A stretch of 64,000 nt of DNA from Candidatus Cloacimonadales bacterium (GCA_963674825.1 OY771587.1:3232001-3296000), one strand, 5' to 3'. Positions 32,301 through 41,961 are shown, numbered from the stretch's first letter. The notes: a model not told the origin generated them from the letters alone. Translations and numbers: made by a program.

Positions 32301-35300
32301 CACAGCCAGGAATGCAAGGGGATCGTGCAGCCGCGTAACTACGGTGTCTCCATCTCGCAGGGGCAATACATTCTTGCCTTGGATGCAGACGACCTTTTGG
32401 CCCCGACTTTCCTCGAAAAGACGGTCCCAATCCTCGACAGCAGGCCGGAAGTGGCCTACGTGAGTACGAAAGCGCTATTCTTCGGCATCAGTAACAAAAT
32501 CTGGCCGCGCTCGCAGTTCAGTCCGTTGAACCTTCCCGTTACCAACCAGCAGACCAACACGACTCTGTTCCGCAGGGCGATGTGGGACGACCTGAGAGGC
32601 TGGGACGAGCGGATGTCGGATGGCTATGTCGATTGGGAATTCTGGGTTCGCGGCACCAAGAAAGGCTGGCTCGGCGAGCAGCTCGACGACTGCCTCTTTT
32701 TCTATCGCCGAAAGGGCGATTCGACCGTCATGGCCGCCAAAAACAAGGGTGCCAGGCTGAAGCTGAAAATTATGGCGCTCAATCCTGAAATCTATACCAT
32801 CGCGAATGCAACCGAGAACGATCCGCGCCTCGAGCGCAAGAACTACATCGATCCATCGTTTATCAGAAAGGATTTTGTCATGCCCGAACGCAAGACAGCA
32901 GAAAGCAGGAAGCGCAATTCGATGATCCTGCGAATCGACCCACAGTCGCAGCCGCAACCGCAAAAGAAAAAACCGCGTATCCTCTTCGTATGCCACGATT
33001 TCCCGCCCTACCGCATGGCCGGCGCACAGCTATACGCTATGAATCTCGCGAAGAAGCTCAACGAAGTGGGGGCGGCCGAGGTGGATGTCCTGTACGCAGT
33101 CTGGCGCGATGAAACGCACCGCGATTACTCGATACGAGAGAGCCGGTTCGAGGGGCTGCGTGTCTATGAACTGGGCAAGATGCCGGTCAATGAGCCGATG
33201 AAGATTTTCGACGAGCGCGTAATCCCCGCCGTCCAGGATTTACTACTCAAAAACGAATACAAAGCAATGCACGTCCACGGGTTAGGGCAGATCACGCTGG
33301 CTCCGGCGATGGTTGCCCATAAGCTCGGGATTCCTGTTTATGCTACGCTGCACGATTACTGGCTGCTGTGCGATCACTGGCATATGATCCGCGAGGACCA
33401 GAGCCAGTGCTCTGGCCCGGAATCGGCTGAGAAGTGTGCTCGCTGCCACATTGAAGACTATATCGCCGACCGGCAACCCGGAATCGAGAAGAAAGCGTTT
33501 GAATACCAGCAGTTCCGCCGCGAGATGATGCGGAAACTTTTTACAACCTACAACCGTGTGTTCGCCCCAAGCAGGTATCTTGCTGAGCGCTTCGCAGAAT
33601 TTGGGTTCAAGGGTATCGAAGTAGCGCCCCTCGGCTTTGAATATGGCGATATCAAAACCGCACGGCCAGGCGATGGACTTTTCCATTTTGGTTATACAGG
33701 ACAACTAATACCACGAAAGGGCGTCAATTTTCTCATCGACGCCTTCATGAAGCTTCCTCATGAGCATGCCCGGCTGGATATCTATGGCCCGGTTGAAGCC
33801 AAGTATGCACTCGATCTTCAGGTACGATCCTCGTCCGATTCGCGAATCAAGTTTCACGGTCGCTATCAGCCCGAGCGCCTCGACGCGATTATGCGCACCT
33901 TCGATATTGCAATGGTGCCCTCCCTAATGGAAAATTACCCGTTGGTGGTTCAGGAAGCTTTCTTGAGGAAGACGCCGGTTATCGCCACTTCCGTGGGCGG
34001 TATTCCCGAGGTTGTTGTCGATGGCGAAAACGGATACATGGTCGAGCCGGAATCGGCTGAGTCCATTCTGGACGCGATGCGACGTGCGATCGAGGATCCC
34101 TCCTGCGTGGATCGATTCTCTCGCAATATCAAGCCTGTTCGCAGGTTGATGCAGGATGCGGAACATTACGCGACGGTCTATTCGGGTAATAAGGTAGAGA
34201 AGCCTGTTGTGCAACCACCGAAGAAGCTGTGCGTCCAGTTTTACATCGAGAAAAACGTGCATCTTCCCATGTTCCGGACGCTGATGGATTACCTTCGAGG
34301 CAAGGAGGAAGTTGAGCAGATCGTGATTTGCATTCCCGATTTCCTCAAGCTTACTTCCACTGATGGAAGATACCAGAATCTGGAAGATATCCTCGCCTAT
34401 CCAGCTACATTCACCAACGATCCCCGTGCGATCCCGGTCGATGTCACGTTCATCGCGGATGCGATCGCGGGTAAAGTAGCCGGTGCGGGAAAAATCGTTA
34501 ACATCGGACACGGCACGATCTCCAAGGGTATCTACTTCAGCGACAGTGTCTGGCTTGAGCGACAGAATTGGGCTGACCTGCTCTGTGTGCCGGGTGAGTA
34601 CGCCCTGAAAGAGGTAGAGAAAGCGCTCGACACACGCGTTGTCGCCACCGGTATGCCCAAGCTCGATCCAGTTTTCTCTGGCAGCATCGATACGCAGGCA
34701 GTTCGTCGGGAACTGAACATTCCACACAGCAAGAAGATTGTCCTCTATGCGCCGACCTTCAATCTCGACCTGAGCAGCCTCTACGATTTTGTGGATCGAT
34801 TCCACGAACTGCGGTCGGACGAGTACGATATCGTTATAAAGCTGCACGGTTCAACGCCGGGTTCCTATTCCATGCAGTATCATCGTATTGCCGAACAAAC
34901 TCCCGGGATTCATTTCTATACCGGAGATGACCTCGCACCGCTCCTGGCGCTATCCGATGTGATGATCTCCGATGTCTCATCTGCCTGGATGGAATTCATG
35001 GCACTTGATAAGCCGGTGATCCTCTACAGTAATCCCAATGCCTCTCGTTACCACGGCTATGACCGAAACAATATCGAGTGGGCATGGCGCGATCTGGGTA
35101 GTGAAGTGACCAGCTTCGATGAATTGAAACGGCTCCTTCCGGCAATTGTCCGCTCTGGTGATGGCAAGTCCACGATTCGCATGAACTACGCCCGGTTGCT
35201 TTTCGCTGATGTAAGCGGCAAGGCATGCGAAAATGTTTGGAACGCTACGAAGGATGTACTATCTGCTCCTGAACGGGCCAAGCCACCCATTGTGACGCTG

Positions 35301-37724
35301 GTTCTGCGATGCGATCGTGAGAATCTGGCGATCCGAAGGGATCAACTTCAGCAGGTTCTAACGCATTCGGTGATGGCAATGCGCCTGTTGATCGTAAGCG
35401 ATGATAGATCACCCGAACTCTCCGAATGGGTGAGTGCGCTGGAACGGGATGGGCGTTTCGTGGATGTGAAGCGATGCCAACGCGATCCCGAAACGCTGGA
35501 TGACGGGCTCTATATATGGATAACCGATGATGCGGAGATTTTTAAGGACTTCGATTATTTCCTGTACCTTACTTTCAAGTCGAATCCGGGTGTGTCGGTG
35601 CTTACCACATGCTCAAACATTGCTGATCGTGGTGGAAGCATCCCAGCTGACATACTTCTGGAGCATCAAACTGACCCGTCCCGATTCGCATTCGATTTCA
35701 TCTATCGTTACAAGGGCAAAGCCGTCGTTCCGTGCGGCGCATCTGATCCCGCTGTGTTGGCGATTGACGCAACCAGGATTCAGGGCAGATATTCTGATAC
35801 TGTGCGTGAGCTTATTCAGAGCGGCATGCTGCCCTGCGCGCTTTCGGTGTATGCGAATATCAATGACGAGCGGATCAAGCCGATGGTCTGGAATTACCTC
35901 TTCCAAAAGGATCGGATGCCAGCTAAGCAACGATATGAATTGGGCATGGGAATCCTGGATTCCATCCACCTTTCCAGCGTTGCGCTGGTAGTGCTGGAAA
36001 CCGCGGTGGAACTGGGTGCTTTTGAGGCACTCGGAAGGCTGCTTTCAATTATCTATCGTGTACGGGCAAACGATCTTGAGCTGCATCGTCACCTGATGAA
36101 GCTCTTCGAGAACCAACCGCAGTTACAGACATTCATCAGGCAGGGGATGCGTATCGCCGAGAAGCTTTCTGAACGAACCGAAGTCACAGAGCAGAAGAAA
36201 CATCGCGCAATGTTCTACTTCTTCAAGAACGTCCATGTGCCGATTCTGATGCAACTCTACCGGAAATTTACCGCAATGGCTCCCAATTGGGATGTGGCGT
36301 TTTCATTCATGCCGTGGGCTCCGCAAATTCGGGCCGGGTTCACGCCGCAACAGATCGAAGCGCTCGACCTGCCGAATGTTACTATCACACGTACACCGCA
36401 GGAGTTCTTGCCAGATATCACTTTTATCGCCGATTCGGCCTATCCGTGGGTGCAGAACTGCGGCAAGCTGGTTCATGTGGGGCACGGCGTGCTTTCCAAG
36501 GGACAATATTATACCAATACCGATATCGCCCGTCGTGACGATGCCGCCGCGCTGGTATGTGTGCCGGGGTCAATCCACAAACAGAATCTTCAGGGCGTTT
36601 TGCGCACCCGGGTTGACGTGACCGGTATGGCCAAGCTCGATCCGTTGTTCTCCGGTGAGATCAGTCGCGAGAAGGCAGCCGCGCAGCTCCGAGTTTCTGC
36701 CGAGGGCCGGTATATTCTCTTTGCACCGACATTCAACGACGAACTTTCCGCGATTCCGTTCGTGCAGGATCGCATCGTCGAAGTGCTGCCGGTGGGCTAT
36801 TCGCTTCTGATTAAGCTGCACGGAAGCGCGAAGCAGGAATACGTACAGATGTACGCTGCACTCGCACGGCGCAATGCCAACGTTCACCTGATCGACGACC
36901 TCACCACCGGTATGGTGCTTGCAGACGTGATGATCTCCGATGTCTCTTCGGCGATGATGGAGTTTGCCGCGCTGGACAAGCCTGTAGTGCTTTTCGACAA
37001 TCCCAGTTGGCGTCAATACGCGAATTTCAATCCGAACGATATCGATTTTCGCTGGCGTGACATCGGTATCCGGGTGCGAAATCTCGAGGAAATGCGCATT
37101 GCGGTGGAGCGTTCGTTGCGTTACCCGGATGAATTTGCGGACAAGCGCAAACTCTACACCGATCAACTGTTTGCCAATAAATACGATGGCAAGGCCTCCG
37201 AGCGGATCGTTGCCTCAGCGATGTCGCTGATGGGGGAGAGGCCCGTTGTGGTGGAAACGGAAGAGGTTGTTGAAGACTCAGGCGTGGTGTTTACCTATGT
37301 TGGGGATTTCTCGAAAGAGCGTGGTGTTCATGTGCTCCTGGATGCTTTTTCAAAGCTGCCGCAGGAGGGTTGGACGCTGAAACTGTATGGCAATCCTGCT
37401 ACTGCCTGGGATATAGCTGAATTTAATGCGATGATGAGCCGGATCAAGCCGGTGCGCATAGCGAAGGATTCACAAGCGCTCAATGGTAGTGATGTCATGG
37501 TTCTTCCATCACGGGATGTTCTGACTCAGTCATTGAAGGCTGGCGTTCCCGCCATCGTGGCGGATGCTGATGGCGTGCGTGATCATATCCGTGATCGGCT
37601 GGAAGGCTTTGTAATTCCATCCGGTGACGCCGAAGCGCTGCACCGAACGGTGAAAATCCTGGTCGGCAATCCGAAAATGATCCAGACGATGAAAGAGAGC
37701 GTTCGCGCCAATCACAGTTCTTAG
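29370..37724 (+). CDS. Giant multi-domain glycosyltransferase (GT2 x3-4, TPR, GT4, two TagB/TagF-like domains), ~2784 aa
   Basis: ISIVII..FLDDD; VSIVIPCHN..LDADD; ILFVCHDFPP..ENYPLVVQEA; two copies of GHG..SKG/TGM.KLD/APTFN/KLHG/ISDVSS; start at ATG 29370. Confidence 0.9.
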   Translation: MTHFVYAGKLRGADDPRVEYLKKLTRASITWRGEYSHAYFIDVEERDQLPVGVSAFQFGDYASMGWKDKLASACVTVVFSNELEPFTVAMRNGLKILMPANHPALPLLNTESQVVPFSDVNDFYRKVQTLLDEGGERMMPGRRWKQIEGDRLVWARFAAAFGQQAASTDDRSRDAEAYRKAIREKGWQEKENIYLDEFEWFTRKPCESPRISIVIISYEYNPDVLLNLQELMKQPGHQLIFVNNGGTVEEFEPVAGIPHIYLKLKENKGAYLARNAGAVFATAPIILFLDDDALPAKNLIQTHIDNFQRYDILSLRGVCLPRTNNPFNGLPRHYYLGDEPFPRFANIEGNTSYRSDIFFRAGGWSDDIRFGGGGLDLALRILQVDPDLQKHMFSPEPVIYHDYVNNTEHLAKKSEKQHKSRSRLFRKYPDHLEKVSQWNTMRHRTNLLHVREGFTVESNVMTEAKRSPQLYRLLQVRSWQYKFGYYDYYWSHVDEFNPPDEVSISVVFVAERLDDQLRESIRRIKRQADHVSVVVVNNAGDEKDFTDPGCDYLVHLKKRANKNTARNLGSLMVKSPVILFLGNHCIPTDNLIKRHLDTFLKFRVVTLEGEILMEGDELPQDKRTYSVFPVEEDHISFLNAGFVMIKGFVDHVNEDGIHEFNLRMMNIAADLAQNRHDPGCVVYSKKRRGIRQEEVMQSPPLHLQERPWQMKTYRNWLALDDQRYRMIPHQEAIEMNNLLNQSGQLLAQGRLKEALPGFEKCAVMNPLNFQCASMLSYTYLNLGELEKARRAILPAVTMLPLNEDMVGNHVAILLQMGKIEEAKSFCEGFLAQKTHVKIQKILVQIEEYMKQNRMSSATPEERLIERTKAEEFTSALQQQVYDFLRNKGESEPLAMWYMKSMVKEAKIQPASRSVSPKVSIVIPCHNYGQYLRECVESVLWQTFTDWEMIIINDGSTDDTHEVAQQILKAYPDYRIRYHSQECKGIVQPRNYGVSISQGQYILALDADDLLAPTFLEKTVPILDSRPEVAYVSTKALFFGISNKIWPRSQFSPLNLPVTNQQTNTTLFRRAMWDDLRGWDERMSDGYVDWEFWVRGTKKGWLGEQLDDCLFFYRRKGDSTVMAAKNKGARLKLKIMALNPEIYTIANATENDPRLERKNYIDPSFIRKDFVMPERKTAESRKRNSMILRIDPQSQPQPQKKKPRILFVCHDFPPYRMAGAQLYAMNLAKKLNEVGAAEVDVLYAVWRDETHRDYSIRESRFEGLRVYELGKMPVNEPMKIFDERVIPAVQDLLLKNEYKAMHVHGLGQITLAPAMVAHKLGIPVYATLHDYWLLCDHWHMIREDQSQCSGPESAEKCARCHIEDYIADRQPGIEKKAFEYQQFRREMMRKLFTTYNRVFAPSRYLAERFAEFGFKGIEVAPLGFEYGDIKTARPGDGLFHFGYTGQLIPRKGVNFLIDAFMKLPHEHARLDIYGPVEAKYALDLQVRSSSDSRIKFHGRYQPERLDAIMRTFDIAMVPSLMENYPLVVQEAFLRKTPVIATSVGGIPEVVVDGENGYMVEPESAESILDAMRRAIEDPSCVDRFSRNIKPVRRLMQDAEHYATVYSGNKVEKPVVQPPKKLCVQFYIEKNVHLPMFRTLMDYLRGKEEVEQIVICIPDFLKLTSTDGRYQNLEDILAYPATFTNDPRAIPVDVTFIADAIAGKVAGAGKIVNIGHGTISKGIYFSDSVWLERQNWADLLCVPGEYALKEVEKALDTRVVATGMPKLDPVFSGSIDTQAVRRELNIPHSKKIVLYAPTFNLDLSSLYDFVDRFHELRSDEYDIVIKLHGSTPGSYSMQYHRIAEQTPGIHFYTGDDLAPLLALSDVMISDVSSAWMEFMALDKPVILYSNPNASRYHGYDRNNIEWAWRDLGSEVTSFDELKRLLPAIVRSGDGKSTIRMNYARLLFADVSGKACENVWNATKDVLSAPERAKPPIVTLVLRCDRENLAIRRDQLQQVLTHSVMAMRLLIVSDDRSPELSEWVSALERDGRFVDVKRCQRDPETLDDGLYIWITDDAEIFKDFDYFLYLTFKSNPGVSVLTTCSNIADRGGSIPADILLEHQTDPSRFAFDFIYRYKGKAVVPCGASDPAVLAIDATRIQGRYSDTVRELIQSGMLPCALSVYANINDERIKPMVWNYLFQKDRMPAKQRYELGMGILDSIHLSSVALVVLETAVELGAFEALGRLLSIIYRVRANDLELHRHLMKLFENQPQLQTFIRQGMRIAEKLSERTEVTEQKKHRAMFYFFKNVHVPILMQLYRKFTAMAPNWDVAFSFMPWAPQIRAGFTPQQIEALDLPNVTITRTPQEFLPDITFIADSAYPWVQNCGKLVHVGHGVLSKGQYYTNTDIARRDDAAALVCVPGSIHKQNLQGVLRTRVDVTGMAKLDPLFSGEISREKAAAQLRVSAEGRYILFAPTFNDELSAIPFVQDRIVEVLPVGYSLLIKLHGSAKQEYVQMYAALARRNANVHLIDDLTTGMVLADVMISDVSSAMMEFAALDKPVVLFDNPSWRQYANFNPNDIDFRWRDIGIRVRNLEEMRIAVERSLRYPDEFADKRKLYTDQLFANKYDGKASERIVASAMSLMGERPVVVETEEVVEDSGVVFTYVGDFSKERGVHVLLDAFSKLPQEGWTLKLYGNPATAWDIAEFNAMMSRIKPVRIAKDSQALNGSDVMVLPSRDVLTQSLKAGVPAIVADADGVRDHIRDRLEGFVIPSGDAEALHRTVKILVGNPKMIQTMKESVRANHSS

Positions 37725-38371
37725 TTCAGGCTACTCCGCAGGAGGCTTTCGATCGCGTTTTGCAGCATCTGCCGATAGGGTGGAGGTGTAAAGCTCATCT
37801 CAAGCATGGTCATTGCCTGCTGCTGCTTCAATGTGTGGTGCGTCATGGAGTAAAGACCGCTGGCAACAGCGATCGACGCAAGATAGAAGGTATGCGCAGC
37901 ACCCTCGTCGCGAAAGCTGAAACAGCTCTCCAGTAGTTCAGCGTGTTGCTCCATGATCTGGTGGACCGTCTTCTTGAATTCCACCAGCTTTTCGATGGAT
38001 GCATGCTTCTCCAGCAGGGTGAACGGAAGTGCAACGAGGCGCAGCAACCGGTTGTGTTGCAGTAGTATATCCACCCAGAAACGCGCGTAGTTATCTGGTT
38101 CACAGGGCTTCTGCTGATCGAAATGGTATTCAATATCCTGCCACCATTTCACGATTTCCACCTGCATCAAATGCAGATACAATTCGTCTTTGTTCTGGAA
38201 ATACAAGTAAAGATTTGAGCGTGTAAATCCAGCTTCTTTAGCTACTTGGGCTAATGTGATGTCTTCATAGAGCATTTCGTCGAATAGGGTTCCCGCAGCT
38301 TCGAGTGCTGTGTCAATCCTCTCTTGTTTCTGCAGGTCGCTGCGAGCTCTCTGCCATTTTTCTTTCGTCAT
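37721..38371 (-). CDS. TetR/AcrR family transcriptional regulator
   Basis: ITLAQVAKEAGFTRSNLYLYFQNKDEL HTH; N-terminal QRARS..QK.ER. Confidence 0.93.
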   Translation of the reverse strand: MTKEKWQRARSDLQKQERIDTALEAAGTLFDEMLYEDITLAQVAKEAGFTRSNLYLYFQNKDELYLHLMQVEIVKWWQDIEYHFDQQKPCEPDNYARFWVDILLQHNRLLRLVALPFTLLEKHASIEKLVEFKKTVHQIMEQHAELLESCFSFRDEGAAHTFYLASIAVASGLYSMTHHTLKQQQAMTMLEMSFTPPPYRQMLQNAIESLLRSSLN

Positions 38372-38451
38372 GATGCGTTTTCCTTCGTTGTTTGAAGATA
38401 CCATGTCATATATTGTCATGGCATATATCTATTTTTCTGTGACCAGAGATC

Positions 38452-38472
38452 ATTATAACAGACACAGTGTCA
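38452..38472 (-). promoter_or_regulatory. Extended -10 promoter for tetR with an adjacent GAC-N5-GTC palindrome
   Basis: Minus strand TGtTATAAT (38452-38460); GACACAGTGTC at 38461-38471. Confidence 0.55.
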
Positions 38473-39510
38473 TGCTTTGATTAGCTGATAAATCGGATCT
38501 CCAAGGCCGATTTTTTGCGCGTAGGGGAATTGCTTTGACCCACGGAACTTCTTACCACGCTGTGCTACGATGTCGTGGCATGCCTTGTCGATGGAGACCG
38601 GATCTGTCGAAACGAAAATGCCGATGTCTTCCATGAGAAGCTTCATATTGCGCGGTTCGCAGTCGCAACCGGCGGTAATGTTCATCGCGAAGTTGATGTA
38701 GATGTTGCGCTTGCCTTTCTGCCCGGCGTATGCGTATTCAACCAGCTTCTCCTGAAAGTTGTTGCCGATTCCGATGAAGCTCATGGCCGATTTCAGGGAT
38801 ATGATCGATACTGCATTATGAGGGCAAATCGACACGCAAGCTCCGCATCCGACGCACTTCTCAAGATCGATATAACTCTTTTCGCCAATCGTTATAGCAG
38901 ATTCGTTACAGCGCGTGAGGCAAAGTTTACAGCGTTTGCACTTGCGGTTAACGATATGCGGCTTGGTACCTAAGTGCATTGCCATCTTACCACCCTTGGA
39001 TGCGTGGCCCATGGAGAGCTGCTTAATTGCTCCGCCAAACCCAGCCAACCGGTGGCCCTTGAAATGCGATATGACGATCAATTGCTTGTATTTAGAGAAT
39101 TCGCTGCCGATCTTGCAGGTCTTGAACTGTTTCTTGTCGATCTCGATCTCGTCGAATGCCTCGCCCTGATCGCCATCGGCGATAACGATAGGAAGTTGTG
39201 TGAAGCCGTGTTCGGTGGCCGTCTTGATGTGCAGATCCTTGCGGTGTCGCTGTCCGCCGTACATGACGCTCGTTTCGATGTAACACGTATCGATGTTTCG
39301 CTCCTGAAGAAAAGAAATGATTCCCACGTAGTTCTCTGAGCGGAGAAAAGTATGGTTTCCCTTCTCACCGAAGTGGACCTTCAGCGGAATGCTTTGCTCC
39401 AACTCGATGCCTTCCTCTTGGATGATTGTCTCCAGCAATTCTTTTGAAATCTGCTGAATCTCCTCAACGGAGGTGCTGGAATTGACCTCTCTGTAATAGA
39501 CATTCGCCAT
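38470..39510 (-). CDS. DUF362 family Fe-S protein with an inserted 2x[4Fe-4S] ferredoxin domain
   Basis: KVHFGE.GN, SHFKGH...FGGAIKQL, CKRCKLC...C, CVGCGAC...CP, GCDC, STDPVSID. Confidence 0.9.
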   Translation of the reverse strand: MANVYYREVNSSTSVEEIQQISKELLETIIQEEGIELEQSIPLKVHFGEKGNHTFLRSENYVGIISFLQERNIDTCYIETSVMYGGQRHRKDLHIKTATEHGFTQLPIVIADGDQGEAFDEIEIDKKQFKTCKIGSEFSKYKQLIVISHFKGHRLAGFGGAIKQLSMGHASKGGKMAMHLGTKPHIVNRKCKRCKLCLTRCNESAITIGEKSYIDLEKCVGCGACVSICPHNAVSIISLKSAMSFIGIGNNFQEKLVEYAYAGQKGKRNIYINFAMNITAGCDCEPRNMKLLMEDIGIFVSTDPVSIDKACHDIVAQRGKKFRGSKQFPYAQKIGLGDPIYQLIKA

Positions 39511-39530
39511 CGTTACCTCCATATGTAAGT

Positions 39531-39572
39531 GACGTGATGTCTCTAATTAAAAGACGTGGTGTCAGTTGTCAA
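39531..39572 (-). promoter_or_regulatory. Promoter of the DUF362 gene overlapped by two GAC-N5-GTC sites
   Basis: Minus strand TTGACA (39567-39572)-17 bp-TAATTA; GACGTGATGTC (39531-39541) and GACGTGGTGTC (39553-39563). Confidence 0.55.
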
Positions 39573-39663
39573 GACAAATCTTCTGGATTCACTTTGAGTT
39601 TCATTTATGACAAATAGGTTGACAAAATATGACATATGGGGCAAATGGGATGCGGAGGCTGAC

Positions 39664-40140
39664 ATGAATGACGAAATGATGAGCATCGAACAGACAGCAA
39701 ACATGCTGAGCGTACATACGCGAACCATTCGGCGCTACCTCAAGAGCGGTACGTTGAAGGGTGTCAAGATTGGCGGGAAATGGCACATTCGTCGTGACGA
39801 TATCGTGAAAATGCTGAATCGAAGCGACGTATCTGAGGAGCTGGAATCGACCTGGAATTCACAGGCTGTCGATTTCATCCAGGGAGCGCCGGCACCGATC
39901 GGAAGCCGGTTCCGCGTATGCGCGATCACTGATTGCGATTTCCACAGCGATGAAGAAGCCGCTACGGTGTCGTCGCAGTTACTGGGGGTTATCAATAGTC
40001 GCGATAGCGCTACTTCGGAAGCGCGGTTCCAGTACAACTATCACAAAGAAGCAAAGCAAGGCCGTTTTATCCTGTGGGGAGATCCCGAATTCATCCGGCA
40101 ATGCATGCAGATACTTGAGAAGAAAGGAGAAGAGAAATGA
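39664..40140 (+). CDS. Excisionase-like (HTH_17/MerR-superfamily) DNA-binding protein with a C-terminal extension
   Basis: MSIEQTANMLSVHTRTIRRYLKSGTLKGVKIGGKWHI; start at ATG 39664 behind GGAGG. Confidence 0.85.
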   Translation: MNDEMMSIEQTANMLSVHTRTIRRYLKSGTLKGVKIGGKWHIRRDDIVKMLNRSDVSEELESTWNSQAVDFIQGAPAPIGSRFRVCAITDCDFHSDEEAATVSSQLLGVINSRDSATSEARFQYNYHKEAKQGRFILWGDPEFIRQCMQILEKKGEEK

Positions 40141-40964
40141 GAAACATCATCGTATTGATACTGGTGTTGGCGTTCGCGGGATGTGCGTCGCAGACGGAAA
40201 AGCAAATTAAGCACTTGCAGAAACTTACAGAAATAACCGAGATCTGGCAAACAGCGAAGGAAATTCACCCGGCGTGGGCGAAGCTTTATCCCGTGTGTTT
40301 GATAGATGGAAAGAAATACACCTTGTATACACCGGATGAAAACGGTGAATGGAAACTGACTGGTGCCGGCATCTATCCGAATCCCCTTCCCAAGGGCATT
40401 AAGGCCGCATTTCGGATCCCAGTGAACAATTACGAGATGGCTTGTGTGCTGGACACTAACAGCTTCTCAACAAAAGAAGATATGACGATTGTGTTCCATG
40501 AGTTCGTACACTGTTATCAAGCCTATAGCTGTGAAGAAGATATCAAGTCTGGTCTGAAGGTTGCACAAGAGAATCAGGACACTGGCGGCATGTGGGAACT
40601 TCAGTACCCCTTTCCTTACGATAACGAGCTTGTCGGTAAGACTTACATCGAGATGACTGAAGCCGCCAAAAGAGGGGACCGTGACGAAGTTGTGAGATTG
40701 CGCAGAATAATCCAGCAAAACGTGTCGGAGCAGGATTGGGAATATATGTGCTGGCAGGAATTCAAGGAAGGCACCGCACGATGGCTGCAAAATGTTCTTA
40801 GCGAGCGTCTTGGTGCAAAACCTGCTACATCAGGCCATTCACTGCCGATCAATCGCGTGATTTTCTACGAAGGCGGCGAGATGATTATCCGGCTTCTGAC
40901 GAAGGATAACGAATCGATTGGGGAGGACTTCCCTGGCTTGTGGCAGGAGATTTACCGGCTCTGA
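40137..40964 (+). CDS. Lipoprotein, putative zinc metallopeptidase
   Basis: Lipobox FAGC; HEFVH plus downstream EGTA (gluzincin-like); ATGA overlap with the HTH gene. Confidence 0.65.
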   Translation: MRNIIVLILVLAFAGCASQTEKQIKHLQKLTEITEIWQTAKEIHPAWAKLYPVCLIDGKKYTLYTPDENGEWKLTGAGIYPNPLPKGIKAAFRIPVNNYEMACVLDTNSFSTKEDMTIVFHEFVHCYQAYSCEEDIKSGLKVAQENQDTGGMWELQYPFPYDNELVGKTYIEMTEAAKRGDRDEVVRLRRIIQQNVSEQDWEYMCWQEFKEGTARWLQNVLSERLGAKPATSGHSLPINRVIFYEGGEMIIRLLTKDNESIGEDFPGLWQEIYRL

Positions 40965-41824
40965 AGTAGCGCTTGAATCTCTTGTGGCGAGTACTCGTAT
41001 TGCTGATCGCAGAAGTGGCATTGCGCAACAACCGGTTCGCCTTTCTCGATCAGCTCTTCGAGCTCTTTACGCCCGAGTGTGAGAAGCGCGCCGAGATATT
41101 TCTCGCGGTTGCAGCCGCAGTTGTAGCGTATGGAAACGCTGTCCAGAAATTGCGGTCTCATGTCCTTCAAAATGTAATTCGACATGATTGATTGAACGTC
41201 GATCCCCATATCGAGGACGTCGGTGAAGTTCGGGAAGTGATTGAGATTTTCTTCCAGCTTCGCGACAATATCTTCTTCTGCGTCTGGCATCAGCTGTACG
41301 ATGAATCCACCAGCACGCCGTATCGATCCATCCGCATCCAGTAGCACGCCTACGCCTACAGCCGTTCGAACCTGCTCGCTCTGTAAGAAGAAATAGGCCA
41401 GGTCGTCTCCGATCTCACCACTGATAAGCTCCACTTCACCGCTATATGAGCGTTCCATTCCTATATCGCGGATAATTCGCAATGCTCCGCTACCAATCGC
41501 GGCAGGGACGTTGATTCCGCGAGCCGTGGGAGGAACCTCGGCTGTTGGATTGTGCACGTAGCCTTTTACATCTCCATTCTTGCCAGCGATAGCCAGCGCA
41601 CCGCCGATGGGGCCGTCCCCATCCACGCGCAGGGTGACCGAATCCGTTTCGCCTTTCAGGTCGATCCCGAGCATGATTGCTGCTGATAAGACCTTTCCGA
41701 AAAGCACTCTTGCTGTTATCGAAAGTTTGTGAATCTCGCTTGCCTGGCGCACGGTCTGGGTGGCGTCGATTGCGAAGAAGCGAATCTGCTTGCTGCTGTC
41801 TGTTCCACGAACTGCTTTATCCAT
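40952..41824 (-). CDS. hslO: Hsp33 redox-regulated chaperone
   Basis: GDGPIG, SGEIGDD..Y...SEQ, AGGFIVQLMP, CGC...CHFC. Confidence 0.95.
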   Translation of the reverse strand: MDKAVRGTDSSKQIRFFAIDATQTVRQASEIHKLSITARVLFGKVLSAAIMLGIDLKGETDSVTLRVDGDGPIGGALAIAGKNGDVKGYVHNPTAEVPPTARGINVPAAIGSGALRIIRDIGMERSYSGEVELISGEIGDDLAYFFLQSEQVRTAVGVGVLLDADGSIRRAGGFIVQLMPDAEEDIVAKLEENLNHFPNFTDVLDMGIDVQSIMSNYILKDMRPQFLDSVSIRYNCGCNREKYLGALLTLGRKELEELIEKGEPVVAQCHFCDQQYEYSPQEIQALLQSR

Positions 41825-41961
41825 AATTACCTAAGCTCCTTGTGGCAATGGAAAGATTGCGGATGAAATCTGTAAAGGAATAAGAGCTGAAAAAAACTGA
41901 AAAAAATGCATTGACAGGAAAACGCCCATTCTTAGTTATGTTCCCACGTTGAACGCAATGC

